Assembly: GCA_049322215.1 (NCBI GenBank)
Contig: JBMORU010000001.1
Span: 708,023-772,022 of the forward strand
DNA from: Patescibacteria group bacterium
GTDB taxonomy: Bacteria > Patescibacteriota > WWE3 > UBA101185 > UBA10185
Direction of reading: 5' to 3'
Length of the DNA stretch: 64,000 bases
Made by a program: the position numbers and the translations under genes
Notes under the pieces: model-generated
What the model saw: only the letters and a program-made list of their open reading frames with translations
Databases searched by the model: none
Told to the model about the DNA's origin: nothing
Part shown: in pieces, positions 9,535 to 18,059 of the stretch
Layout: each line of letters opens with the position of its first letter
Position numbering within the stretch: position 1 is the first letter of the stretch

Positions 9535-10935
9535 ATGTGGTCATCAGACAATACGCAATTTGGATTTGCATTTATTCCTTTGCTTGTTTTTACTATTGCC
9601 ATAGTTTTTGTATTGTACGTCTCGCGAGACTATGTAAACAGACAAACAAGCCCATTAAGTTCATACACTTCCCGTGAAGAACTAACAAAACCAATAAAGT
9701 CTGACTATAATCTTTCTTTTCTAAAAGTGTCGGGAAAAAATATTACGGATGGCTCAGAAAAAATAGTTTATTTGAGAGGCTTTCAGGGATTAGGATTTTA
9801 TCCTATTCCATCAGATCTTTATATGGCAGCTATAAACAAAAAGGGCATAAGTTTTGCTAGCTTGGACTCAGCTGCCAAGGATTTAAACCAGTACACAATA
9901 ACAGAATACGATATTAATGAAATTAAAAGTACTGGTGCAAATGTGGTTAGAGTTTGGTTTGTTCTGCACGAAATAGAAAAAGAGCCTTACAAATACAGCA
10001 AAGAAGCACTTGATCTTTTAGAAACAACCATAAATGAGTTTGGGGATGCTGGGATTTATACAATCTTGGTATTAGGAAAAGTTGGACAAAATTCTTATCC
10101 CCCATCAAATCCCTATTTAAACCAAGGAATTAGTTTTTGGGAAAATACAGACAATATTCAAGACAGAACAGTAAAACTTTGGGGTATCTTGGCCGAGAGA
10201 CTTCAGAATAATCCAAACGTGGCAGCGTATGATGTAATAAATGAACCTGTTGCGCCTTCTAAAGATGCCTTAAGGTCTTATTATGAAGACGCAATCACTG
10301 AAATTAGAAAATATGATCTCAATCACATCTTAATTTTAGAAACAGATAATTTGCATAAAACAGAATATCAGCTTGGGGGGAAATATGAAGATACAAATTT
10401 AGTAGGAAGTTTTCATTTTTACTTTCCGCATGACTTTACGCTATCATCTGGGACTGAATATATGATTGACGGTCTTGAATACCCTGGTGGTACTTTTTGT
10501 GCACATGCAAACCGTCCTGGTTGTGAAAAAATTACATGGACAAAAAATACTCTTGAGGAAATCCTAATACAGGCACTTGCTGCCGAAGACTTTCAAGATA
10601 TTCCAGTTTTTGTTGGGGAATTTGGTGCGAACTCAGTTAGAGATGATACTGGGGCTCTTAAGTGGGTAGAAGACACCTTTTCTCTACTAAACAAATATAA
10701 TCTTCACTACACTTATCATAATTACCGTTTGCCCAATACCCATGGCTATTATTTTGTTCAAAACCCCGAAAAGCAGAAAAAGATAGAACGGGTAGTAAAA
10801 GAAATTTCTAGTGGGAACATTAAGTTTAGCGAAATTACAGAAGAGCAGAAAGAGTTATTAAAAACAGAGAATAGCTATAAATTACGCCCTGGGATTAAAG
10901 AAATAGTAACTAAAGGTTTTAAAAACCAACTATAG
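9535..10935 (+). CDS. glycoside hydrolase family 5 (cellulase-like)
   Basis: GANVVRV, YDVINEP acid/base, SFHFY, VFVGEFG nucleophile. Confidence 0.9.
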   Translation: MWSSDNTQFGFAFIPLLVFTIAIVFVLYVSRDYVNRQTSPLSSYTSREELTKPIKSDYNLSFLKVSGKNITDGSEKIVYLRGFQGLGFYPIPSDLYMAAINKKGISFASLDSAAKDLNQYTITEYDINEIKSTGANVVRVWFVLHEIEKEPYKYSKEALDLLETTINEFGDAGIYTILVLGKVGQNSYPPSNPYLNQGISFWENTDNIQDRTVKLWGILAERLQNNPNVAAYDVINEPVAPSKDALRSYYEDAITEIRKYDLNHILILETDNLHKTEYQLGGKYEDTNLVGSFHFYFPHDFTLSSGTEYMIDGLEYPGGTFCAHANRPGCEKITWTKNTLEEILIQALAAEDFQDIPVFVGEFGANSVRDDTGALKWVEDTFSLLNKYNLHYTYHNYRLPNTHGYYFVQNPEKQKKIERVVKEISSGNIKFSEITEEQKELLKTENSYKLRPGIKEIVTKGFKNQL

Positions 10936-10937
10936 TT

Positions 10938-10956
10938 TGGTGACCCCACGGGGAAT
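10938..10956 (-). repeat. 19-bp duplicate of tRNA-Glu 3' end (att-like scar)
   Basis: TGGTGACCCCACGGGGAAT identical to 11084-11102. Confidence 0.9.
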
Positions 10957-11083
10957 GTGCAGCTACGCTGCAGCCTTTTACTCACTACGTTCGTAAAAAT
11001 ACTGAACCCAACTACGTAGGTTTCTTCACTTACCTTGCGGATACCAAAAAATTGGCTACCACACAAGGTGATATCCACTTTTC

Positions 11084-11158
11084 TGGTGACCCCACGGGGA
11101 ATCGAACCCCGATTTCCAGGATGAAAACCTGACGTCCTAACCATTAGACGATGGGGCC
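11084..11158 (-). tRNA. tRNA-Glu (TTC)
   Basis: Cloverleaf GGCCCCA...TGGGGTCA-CCA, anticodon loop TT-TTC-AT, GTTCGA T-loop. Confidence 0.97.
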
Positions 11159-11271
11159 AGGTGGCCATAAAGTATCGTAAATTATACAGAACTCGCCTAT
11201 TTTAACAATAAATAGTACTATTCAGCAAGAATCCATATAATTTGGTAAAATTCTACTGCTTAGGTAACAGT

Positions 11272-12696
11272 ATGTCTGCATTTATTAAAACAATATTATT
11301 TTATGTAACTTCCTTTATTTTAGCGGTTTATCCGGCTACTACTTATGTAGAAGGAGTTACAGGGCAACCTCAATCTTTCTTTCCTCATCAAGCAAGATCA
11401 CAAAATGATGTCACTATTTCAAATTTAGTTTATAGGGGATTATTTAAATACGACATTTATGGCGCCTTAGTGCCTGATTTAGCAGAAAGTTGGGCAATTT
11501 CAGAAGAAGGCATTGTGTATACAATAAAGTTAAAAGATGACCAATACTGGTCTGATGGTACTCAAATTACTGCTGATGATTTAATTTATACATCTTTTAA
11601 GCATCCGTTACTTCAAGGTGTGGCAACAGATAAAGTTGATAATTTAACTGTACGTTTTACTCTTCCAAATAAATTTTCACCATTTTTGAGTTTATTAACT
11701 GTAGGAATAATGCGGGTTAATTCGGAAGAAAATTATAATTCGCTAGAACCTGTAACTAGTGGGCCTTTTAGATTACTAAGTATTAAAAGGTCAGGCCCTA
11801 TAGTGCAGGAAGTCGTTTTACTAAACGAAAAATCTGATGATGAGTTTAGAAAGTTGGTTTTTAGGTATTACACCAATGAAGATGAGCTAGTTACTGCAGC
11901 ACAGTTGGGAGAAATTGATGGTTTTGTTGCCTCTGCAAACCATGAATTGGATAACTTTCAAAAGTATGAGTTTCCATTGCAAGGCGTTTACTACTCTTTA
12001 ATATTCAACTTGCGTAACGAAAAATTACAAGATGTGGAAACAAGGCGTTCTCTAGAAAAAGTTTTAAACAAAGATGACTTAATATATCCATTTGGTATTG
12101 CGGTTGAAGGTGCAATAAGTAGAAGCTCGTATACAGATGATGCTTTAGAATTTGATGCTTACGATAAAGATTTTGTTGGTGACTTAAAAGGTTTAGAACT
12201 CACTTTAACTTTACCCGATTTAGAACAACATGAAATAGTGTCAAAAAAGGTTCAAGATGCTTGGGAAGATAAATTGAATGCTGAAATAACTTTAAATAAA
12301 GTGGCACCTGCAGAAATGCAAGAACAAATCATAAAAGATCGAAATTTCGAAGTTTTACTTTATGGACAAGAGGTAGGAAGAGACCCCGACAGATACATAA
12401 ACTGGCACTCGACACAGCAAGATGTACCAGGTTTAAATTTGTCTGGTTTTGAGCAAATTCGTGCGGATCGCGCATTAGAAGAGGGTCGTAATGAGCCTGA
12501 TAGTGATATAAGATTTACACACTACCAAGAGTTTCAAAGAGTAGTGCATGAACAAGTTCCTGCAATATTTTTGTATCACCCTTTCATTAAGTATTATGTT
12601 TCTGACTATATTAAAGGTATCGGAGAAAAATACACATTTAGATACACCGATCGCTTTTTAGACTTTAGTAATTGGTCGCGCGAAAAGACCAACTAA
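11272..12696 (+). CDS. ABC transporter substrate-binding protein, family 5 (OppA/DppA-like)
   Basis: LVPDLAESW, WSDGTQITADD, SGPF, PAIFLY motifs. Confidence 0.88.
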   Translation: MSAFIKTILFYVTSFILAVYPATTYVEGVTGQPQSFFPHQARSQNDVTISNLVYRGLFKYDIYGALVPDLAESWAISEEGIVYTIKLKDDQYWSDGTQITADDLIYTSFKHPLLQGVATDKVDNLTVRFTLPNKFSPFLSLLTVGIMRVNSEENYNSLEPVTSGPFRLLSIKRSGPIVQEVVLLNEKSDDEFRKLVFRYYTNEDELVTAAQLGEIDGFVASANHELDNFQKYEFPLQGVYYSLIFNLRNEKLQDVETRRSLEKVLNKDDLIYPFGIAVEGAISRSSYTDDALEFDAYDKDFVGDLKGLELTLTLPDLEQHEIVSKKVQDAWEDKLNAEITLNKVAPAEMQEQIIKDRNFEVLLYGQEVGRDPDRYINWHSTQQDVPGLNLSGFEQIRADRALEEGRNEPDSDIRFTHYQEFQRVVHEQVPAIFLYHPFIKYYVSDYIKGIGEKYTFRYTDRFLDFSNWSREKTN

Positions 12697-12700
12697 TTGG

Positions 12701-12738
12701 CCTATAGTCTTGATAATTTACTATATTGACGGTATAAT
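12701..12738 (+). promoter_or_regulatory. CCTATAG element plus sigma70 promoter
   Basis: CCTATAG-TC-TTGATA-17nt-TATAAT directly after upstream stop codon. Confidence 0.65.
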
Positions 12739-12791
12739 CGTGACTCACTAGGTCAAATTAATCTGGTATAAAAATAAATAAGGAGACAGTA

Positions 12792-14078
12792 ATGACAATC
12801 TATGGAAAAAAGATCCCTGTTTGGGTGATCGCTTTACTTGGCCTTGGTTTGATGTTTTGCTTTGCTGCGGCATTTTTTGCTGGAGTATTGCTCACTAATA
12901 ATGGAGCCTTGCCTGAGAACCCTCTTGTACAGGTTGGCGCTTCTCCGGCACCACGATCTCAAACTGTAAGTGCAGAAGACGTAACCTTAGCCGGTTCTGG
13001 AGCAATTGAAACCGCCGTGTGCATTCATGTGGACTTCACATGGGATGATGGCAAAGACAAGTCTATGCTTGAGACTGCGAAACAAATTGGTGCTGATTGT
13101 GTTCGTGTAGGCAGTAGCTGGCGCTTGCAAGAAAAAGTCCAAGGTGCGTACGAAACCAATTGGTACGTGCCCGCTTTGGTGCAACGCTTGGTTTGGGCAC
13201 AAGAAAACGACCTTGCTGTGATCTTGATTCAAGGTCAAACACCTTGTTGGGCGTCGGCAGACCCCAATAAACCTGAGTGTGTAAACGCTGCGGGCGAAGG
13301 TGTTGAAGCTGGTTTTGATTTTTGGTGTCCTGCTCCCGAGCATTTTGGTGCTTTTGCGCAGTCAGTAAGGTTTTTGGTTGAAAACAATCCTGGGTACATT
13401 GTTGCCGTTGAGGTATGGAACGAACCCAATGATGCTGCTTTTTGGTGTGGAAACCCTGACCCGGCTGCTTACACCGAGCTTGTTCGCCAAACTGCTGTTG
13501 CTTTAGAAGGTCTTGATGTGCAGATTTATGGCGGTGCAATTGCTGGCGCTGACACTAACTTTACGCAAGCACTGTTTGATGCGGGTATTGGCAATCATAT
13601 TGACGCTTTTACCTTGCATGCCTACAGTGGAAGCTTGCCGCCTAGTAATTGTGGTAATCCTGAACGGTCGTTTCTCTGCGGAATCCAAGCAGTTCATGAG
13701 GTTGCAGTTGAAAATGGTTTCGAAGGCCCCCTAGTAGTAACCGAAGTTGGATGGCCTACAAACCCGATTGAGGTTTACAACCTTGTGGGGCAAGATGAAA
13801 CAGAGGATACACTTTCAATCGATGTGGATAGCTTTGTATTGGGTGAAGATGGCTTTGTTACCGAACCCACTCAAGCGCAGTACCTAGTAAACGCAATCAA
13901 ACTAGCTAACCAAATGCCGTTTGTTCAGGGAGTTGTGCTTTTTGAAATGCTTGATCGCCCTGGTGAAGGTGGCGCCCCCTCAATTTGGCGTGACCAAAAC
14001 TACGGCCTGTTTGACCTCAATGGAGATCCAAAGGAAGCAGCGTTTGCTTTGCAGGAAATTTTGGTTGAAGACGAATAA
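12792..14078 (+). CDS. clan GH-A glycoside hydrolase (GH5/GH39-like), membrane-anchored (cassette)
   Basis: EVWNEPN and VVTEVGW catalytic motifs, N-terminal TM, AAGGAGA SD. Confidence 0.85.
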   Translation: MTIYGKKIPVWVIALLGLGLMFCFAAAFFAGVLLTNNGALPENPLVQVGASPAPRSQTVSAEDVTLAGSGAIETAVCIHVDFTWDDGKDKSMLETAKQIGADCVRVGSSWRLQEKVQGAYETNWYVPALVQRLVWAQENDLAVILIQGQTPCWASADPNKPECVNAAGEGVEAGFDFWCPAPEHFGAFAQSVRFLVENNPGYIVAVEVWNEPNDAAFWCGNPDPAAYTELVRQTAVALEGLDVQIYGGAIAGADTNFTQALFDAGIGNHIDAFTLHAYSGSLPPSNCGNPERSFLCGIQAVHEVAVENGFEGPLVVTEVGWPTNPIEVYNLVGQDETEDTLSIDVDSFVLGEDGFVTEPTQAQYLVNAIKLANQMPFVQGVVLFEMLDRPGEGGAPSIWRDQNYGLFDLNGDPKEAAFALQEILVEDE

Positions 14079-14119
14079 AAACAAATATGGAATGCTCTTC
14101 GTAAAGCGTATTCCTCCAT

Positions 14120-14163
14120 GAGCCGGTTAAAGAAATTAAAAACTTCTTTGCTGGCTCTTTTTT
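14120..14163 (+). terminator. intrinsic terminator
   Basis: GAGCCGGTTAAAGAA / TTCTTTGCTGGCTC followed by T-tract. Confidence 0.75.
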
Positions 14164-14199
14164 CTTAATAGGGTAAAATGCGATATAATCAAAGTCGAT

Positions 14200-15774
14200 C
14201 TATGTTTTATGGTGGCCGTAGTTCAGTGGTAGAGCGCCTCCCTGTGGAGGAGGATGTCGCGGGTTCGAATCCCGTCGGCCACCCCATAGTATGCTTATCC
14301 GAATGCTTCCTAATTCTATTAAGTCCTTTATTCCTGGTGTTAAGTGAAATACTAGTTTTTTATCCTCAGTAACCTCTAGCTTCTCAAAGAAGATACCGAT
14401 GTAAATTCTCTTTTCATCGAGCGTAGCTTCCTTATATGCTTTACCAATATTTTCGGCTAACTTAAGGAATTTACTAAGCTCATTCAGCTTTTCATTGTAA
14501 TCTCTATCCACTTTTTTGAGCTTTTGCCCTATTTCCCTGAGATCGTTGGTATATCGCACAGCTATACTTTCATATTTATCTGAATCTATAGTCCTTCTTA
14601 AGAACCTATCATCTTCTAGCTCTCTTAAAGCATGTTCAATATTGGTTTTAGAAGCTATTAGGCTTTTCGTTTCTGAATCTACCATTGATCTGTTTACATG
14701 TATAACCTCTTTCGCTTGCGTCATTACCTCGTTTACGTACTCTTCGCTTAGCTGGATTTTTTCCATATATTTTTCCACTTGCTTTTCAAGTTTGTCACAA
14801 AGTATATAAGTTCCCCTATGCCTGGTTGAGTCGGAGTACCAACACGACCTTACACCCTGCTTATTTGTATGGTATTCAGCATATGCTAGACCTTGGGTCT
14901 TTCTGTAAAAAAGAATGCCTCTTAAAAGAAAATCATGCTTTCTTTTTCTACAAGCGTAGTGGTTACGTTTTGCCATAACCAGTTGAACATGGTCAAACAA
15001 CTCTTGGCTTATAAGTGGTTCATATTTGCCTTGGTGTATTTCTTCCTTCCATCTAAATTTCCCTATGTAATATGGATTTTTCAATATATGTTCAATAAGC
15101 CTGGCTGTGCACCGCTTAGCTCTTTTAGGTTTTATTCCCTTGTCATTAAGCATTTCTGCGAGGTACTCATATGAATATTCACCAGTAGAGTACATGTTAA
15201 ATAGCTGAATAATGTAGTTTTTAGTCTTTGGGTTGGGGATAACAATCTTTTTATCAAAGTTAGAACTTGGTGTATCGGGATTTTCCACGTTTTTATAGCC
15301 AATGGGTGCCTCCTTAGGAGGCCACCCAGCTTTGGCTTTTTGGTACATGTTATCACTAGTTACACGTTTGATTTTATCTGACTTATACTGTGCTATAGCT
15401 GCCATCATTGAATCTAGGAACATACCGTCGGGGTTAGATAGATCAATTTCCATTGTGGCATAGATTAATTTAACACCCTTTTCCATCAGTGTTTCTCGAA
15501 GAGCAGTATGTTCCTTAAGGTTTCTCATGAGCCTGTCATTTTCGTAGGTTATAATGGCATCAGGCTTATCTTCGTCAACTGCAGCCATTAGTAATTTATA
15601 CTCGGACCTCTGTGTGTTAGTTCCAGTCTTTCCCTTATCAATAAAGGTTCTGATAATACTGTATCCATTGATTTTAGCCCAATTGTTTAATGCTATTTCC
15701 TGAGCTTCTAAACTTAGACCCTTGTCTTTCTGTTTCTTTGTTGAAACACGAATATACGCTAATGCTGTTTTCAT
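14200..15774 (-). CDS. large serine recombinase (integrase); C-terminus antisense to tRNA-His
   Basis: YIRVST catalytic motif, DRLMRN, recombinase domain (ILKNPYYIG), coiled coil. Confidence 0.93.
   Translation of the reverse strand: MKTALAYIRVSTKKQKDKGLSLEAQEIALNNWAKINGYSIIRTFIDKGKTGTNTQRSEYKLLMAAVDEDKPDAIITYENDRLMRNLKEHTALRETLMEKGVKLIYATMEIDLSNPDGMFLDSMMAAIAQYKSDKIKRVTSDNMYQKAKAGWPPKEAPIGYKNVENPDTPSSNFDKKIVIPNPKTKNYIIQLFNMYSTGEYSYEYLAEMLNDKGIKPKRAKRCTARLIEHILKNPYYIGKFRWKEEIHQGKYEPLISQELFDHVQLVMAKRNHYACRKRKHDFLLRGILFYRKTQGLAYAEYHTNKQGVRSCWYSDSTRHRGTYILCDKLEKQVEKYMEKIQLSEEYVNEVMTQAKEVIHVNRSMVDSETKSLIASKTNIEHALRELEDDRFLRRTIDSDKYESIAVRYTNDLREIGQKLKKVDRDYNEKLNELSKFLKLAENIGKAYKEATLDEKRIYIGIFFEKLEVTEDKKLVFHLTPGIKDLIELGSIRISILWGGRRDSNPRHPPPQGGALPLNYGHHKT
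14211..14286 (+). tRNA. tRNA-His (GTG) with encoded G-1 and CCA
   Basis: G-GTGGCCG...CGGCCAC-C-CCA; anticodon stem CCTCC/GGAGG around CT-GTG-GA. Confidence 0.97.
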
Positions 15775-15778
15775 CGTC

Positions 15779-16216
15779 TTATTCTCCTTTGCTTTTTAAT
15801 TTGCTTATTGTTTCGGCGTACTTGTGTATTACAGCTTCAAGATAGTTCTTTGCCTCTGTAATCAGTTGGATGATGCCCTCTGTCTCACCGTGTTCAGTGA
15901 AGATGTACTTAGTGTTTTTTGGTAGAAACACATTTACCAGAGCTTGGTAACTAAGGTAGTCAGGTGCTAGCCTTTTTATATCTGTGCAGAGCACAGTTCT
16001 GATGTCTGGTCTTTCCTTCAAAAAGCTCACCATTCTCTTAAACCCAGTACCTTCATGTTCATAGTAGTTATCTCCATTCACAGTGTCAGCAAATACCTCT
16101 ACTGGTTCTAGGCCTTCTCTAACACAAAAATTTATACATTCTCTTCTTTGTTTTGCGACACTATTTTTAGTACCTTTACTGTTTAAATAGATAACGCATT
16201 CTTTATTGTTGTTCAT
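15779..16216 (-). CDS. resolvase N-terminal-domain-only protein, catalytic motif degenerate
   Basis: CVIYLNSKG..SVAKQRREC, EVFAD, DIKRLAP align with the resolvase fold but lack YxRxS. Confidence 0.65.
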   Translation of the reverse strand: MNNNKECVIYLNSKGTKNSVAKQRRECINFCVREGLEPVEVFADTVNGDNYYEHEGTGFKRMVSFLKERPDIRTVLCTDIKRLAPDYLSYQALVNVFLPKNTKYIFTEHGETEGIIQLITEAKNYLEAVIHKYAETISKLKSKGE

Positions 16217-16384
16217 CTTTGTCTTTCTAGATTGCCCTATATGTATGGAGTGCTATACTCAAACAACTAGAGCAATCGTAATTTAATTACTAATTAAATA
16301 CTTTTGCACTTCAAATAAGGACTTCGCCTATCAAACAGAGGTCCTTATTTTTATTTTATAGGCTTAACAAATAATCACTATTTG

Positions 16385-16491
16385 TATAGCCAATCGGCTG
16401 TGCATGAGCGCAAGCGAAGCGAGCGCGAATGCGCGATAGAGTCAAGGGATGTAATCCCTTGCGAGGGGTGTGGGGGCGAGGAGCCCTCACA
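16385..16491. other. GC-rich hairpin cluster, candidate single-strand origin/oriT
   Basis: GCGAAGC, CAAGGGAT-GTA-ATCCCTTG and TGTGGGGG../..CCCTCACA hairpins next to HTH rep-like gene. Confidence 0.45.
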
Positions 16492-16565
16492 GTTCATTTA
16501 TAAGAATTACCTTGTATTATTAGTGTTCTATAGCATGTCCGAAATGCCGTACAATAATGTCCCAT

Positions 16566-16934
16566 TTACTTTGACTTCTTATAAATGTTGTTATCTCTTA
16601 TCAGACCCTCCAGATAATAGATATTTGATCTGACTCCTATTTTTCTCTCAGTTCCGTTCTTCTTATTTGCTACGTGTACTACACCGCCTCTTTTAACTTT
16701 TAACAGTTTTTCTTTTTCTAGGATTCTTACTAAACGTCTGATTTGTCTTACGGAAAGCCCCAGATCAGTTGATATCAGCTCTTGACTAGGCCAGCAGTGA
16801 TCTTTGCCTCCTAGTTTTTTAATCAGGTACTCCAGCAGTAGTTTTGCGCCACTAGGAATGTTTTTGTTGCTTAGAACGTTTGCTACTTTTTTTATATCCC
16901 TCACGTAGTACTTCTCTTGTACCTTGTCTTTCAT
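16566..16934 (-). CDS. winged-HTH protein, replication-initiator N-terminal-like
   Basis: CWPSQELISTDLGLSVRQIRRLVRILEKEKLL and SNIY motifs. Confidence 0.75.
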   Translation of the reverse strand: MKDKVQEKYYVRDIKKVANVLSNKNIPSGAKLLLEYLIKKLGGKDHCWPSQELISTDLGLSVRQIRRLVRILEKEKLLKVKRGGVVHVANKKNGTERKIGVRSNIYYLEGLIRDNNIYKKSK

Positions 16935-17055
16935 CTAAATCACCTCCTTTAGAAAACTCATTACATTTATTGGAAGACCTATTCAACTGAAGGTAGAAAA
17001 GCTCAGCTAGTTGTTTAGCTACTATTTTGTTTTTCGCCTCCAATTTGGTTTCCAT
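16852..17055 (-). CDS. small hypothetical protein of mobile element
   Basis: Short ORF (AKQLAELFYLQL) upstream of HTH gene; overlaps it. Confidence 0.4.
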   Translation of the reverse strand: METKLEAKNKIVAKQLAELFYLQLNRSSNKCNEFSKGGDLDERQGTREVLREGYKKSSKRSKQQKHS

Positions 17056-17107
17056 GGAGGACATCATAGGGGGGTTTTATTAGAATGTCAGGGACAGTAA
17101 AAAGCTA

Positions 17108-17908
17108 TTAGCTGTATTGTTTATCATGCCGATATAACGCCAAATTATTAGTGTATCTTGCAAGTGCCTTTTCTACAGATTTTGAGTCAAGTGCTACGTT
17201 ACAGTATATGCAGTCCTTTAGTTCACTTGCGGTATGTTTACTTTTCTTTGGACATTTGCTTATTAAGAATTCTTCTATTTCTTTTTTACTTCTAGTTATA
17301 TTTATGCCTTGAAGTAGCTTAGGTCCGTTCACGAACCAATAGAGAGACCTGTCTCTGTCAATTTCTTTTTTGATCTTGCTATGTTCTGCATAATACCCAA
17401 TATAACTAGAATCTCTATTAGTTTCCCCTTTCTGTATTGCTACAACAGCTCTATTTCGTTTATTTTCGAATTCCTTGAAACACTGCTCTACTTCTAGTTG
17501 GCTTGATTCAGGCGTAATAACAATCATGTATTCCTTATCGTTTAGGAATAACTCAGGGTGTTTGAGATTTGGTGGTTGTAGCATCCTTTCTTGTAGCATT
17601 GTAGGCACGTAGCTATCATCAAACACCTTCCCATAAATTACAGCATCTGATATTACGTCGAAATAAGGATAAGTTCTTGCGAACTTAATTCTTATCTCGT
17701 TAATGTCGTTTTCAAATTCAACCGATTCTTCATAAGACAGCTTTGCTTTGAATTTATGTGTTTTTACCTTAGCTTTTTTAGGTTTTAGTTTCCACTTCTT
17801 CCTTAACCTCTCAACTTCGTGAAGAAAGTCGGTATTATCTACTAAATAGGCTATGTTAGCCCTATTTTTACTTGATTTAATATTTCTTAAGTTTATTATT
17901 TCTATCAT
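17108..17908 (-). CDS. hypothetical protein
   Basis: 266-aa ORF with GAAGGA SD. Confidence 0.65.
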   Translation of the reverse strand: MIEIINLRNIKSSKNRANIAYLVDNTDFLHEVERLRKKWKLKPKKAKVKTHKFKAKLSYEESVEFENDINEIRIKFARTYPYFDVISDAVIYGKVFDDSYVPTMLQERMLQPPNLKHPELFLNDKEYMIVITPESSQLEVEQCFKEFENKRNRAVVAIQKGETNRDSSYIGYYAEHSKIKKEIDRDRSLYWFVNGPKLLQGINITRSKKEIEEFLISKCPKKSKHTASELKDCIYCNVALDSKSVEKALARYTNNLALYRHDKQYS

Positions 17909-18059
17909 CCAAATCCTTCAAAAAGCCCATCTATGTATGTTTTTATATTACTATATTGCTTGGCCTTAAGTCCTTATTATTTAGAAAAACCACCATTATA
18001 TTTCCTTACATTTACTTATAGCAGTATTTATCCGCATCCTTACGTTATAATAAAACCAT

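Noticed and set aside
10875-11168. 97-aa ORF on minus strand
   Set aside because: Shadow ORF across tRNA-Glu and its insert.
11797-11803. CCTATAG inside the ABC substrate-binding gene
   Set aside because: Coding context with no adjacent promoter; treated as a background occurrence.
12987-13734. Multiple overlapping alternative ORFs
   Set aside because: By-product of higher GC within the glycoside hydrolase gene; no SD or motifs.
14178-14372. 64-aa ORF on plus strand
   Set aside because: Overlaps tRNA-His and the integrase antisense; spurious.
16382-16633. 83-aa ORF on plus strand
   Set aside because: Runs through the GC-rich hairpin cluster; better explained as non-coding.
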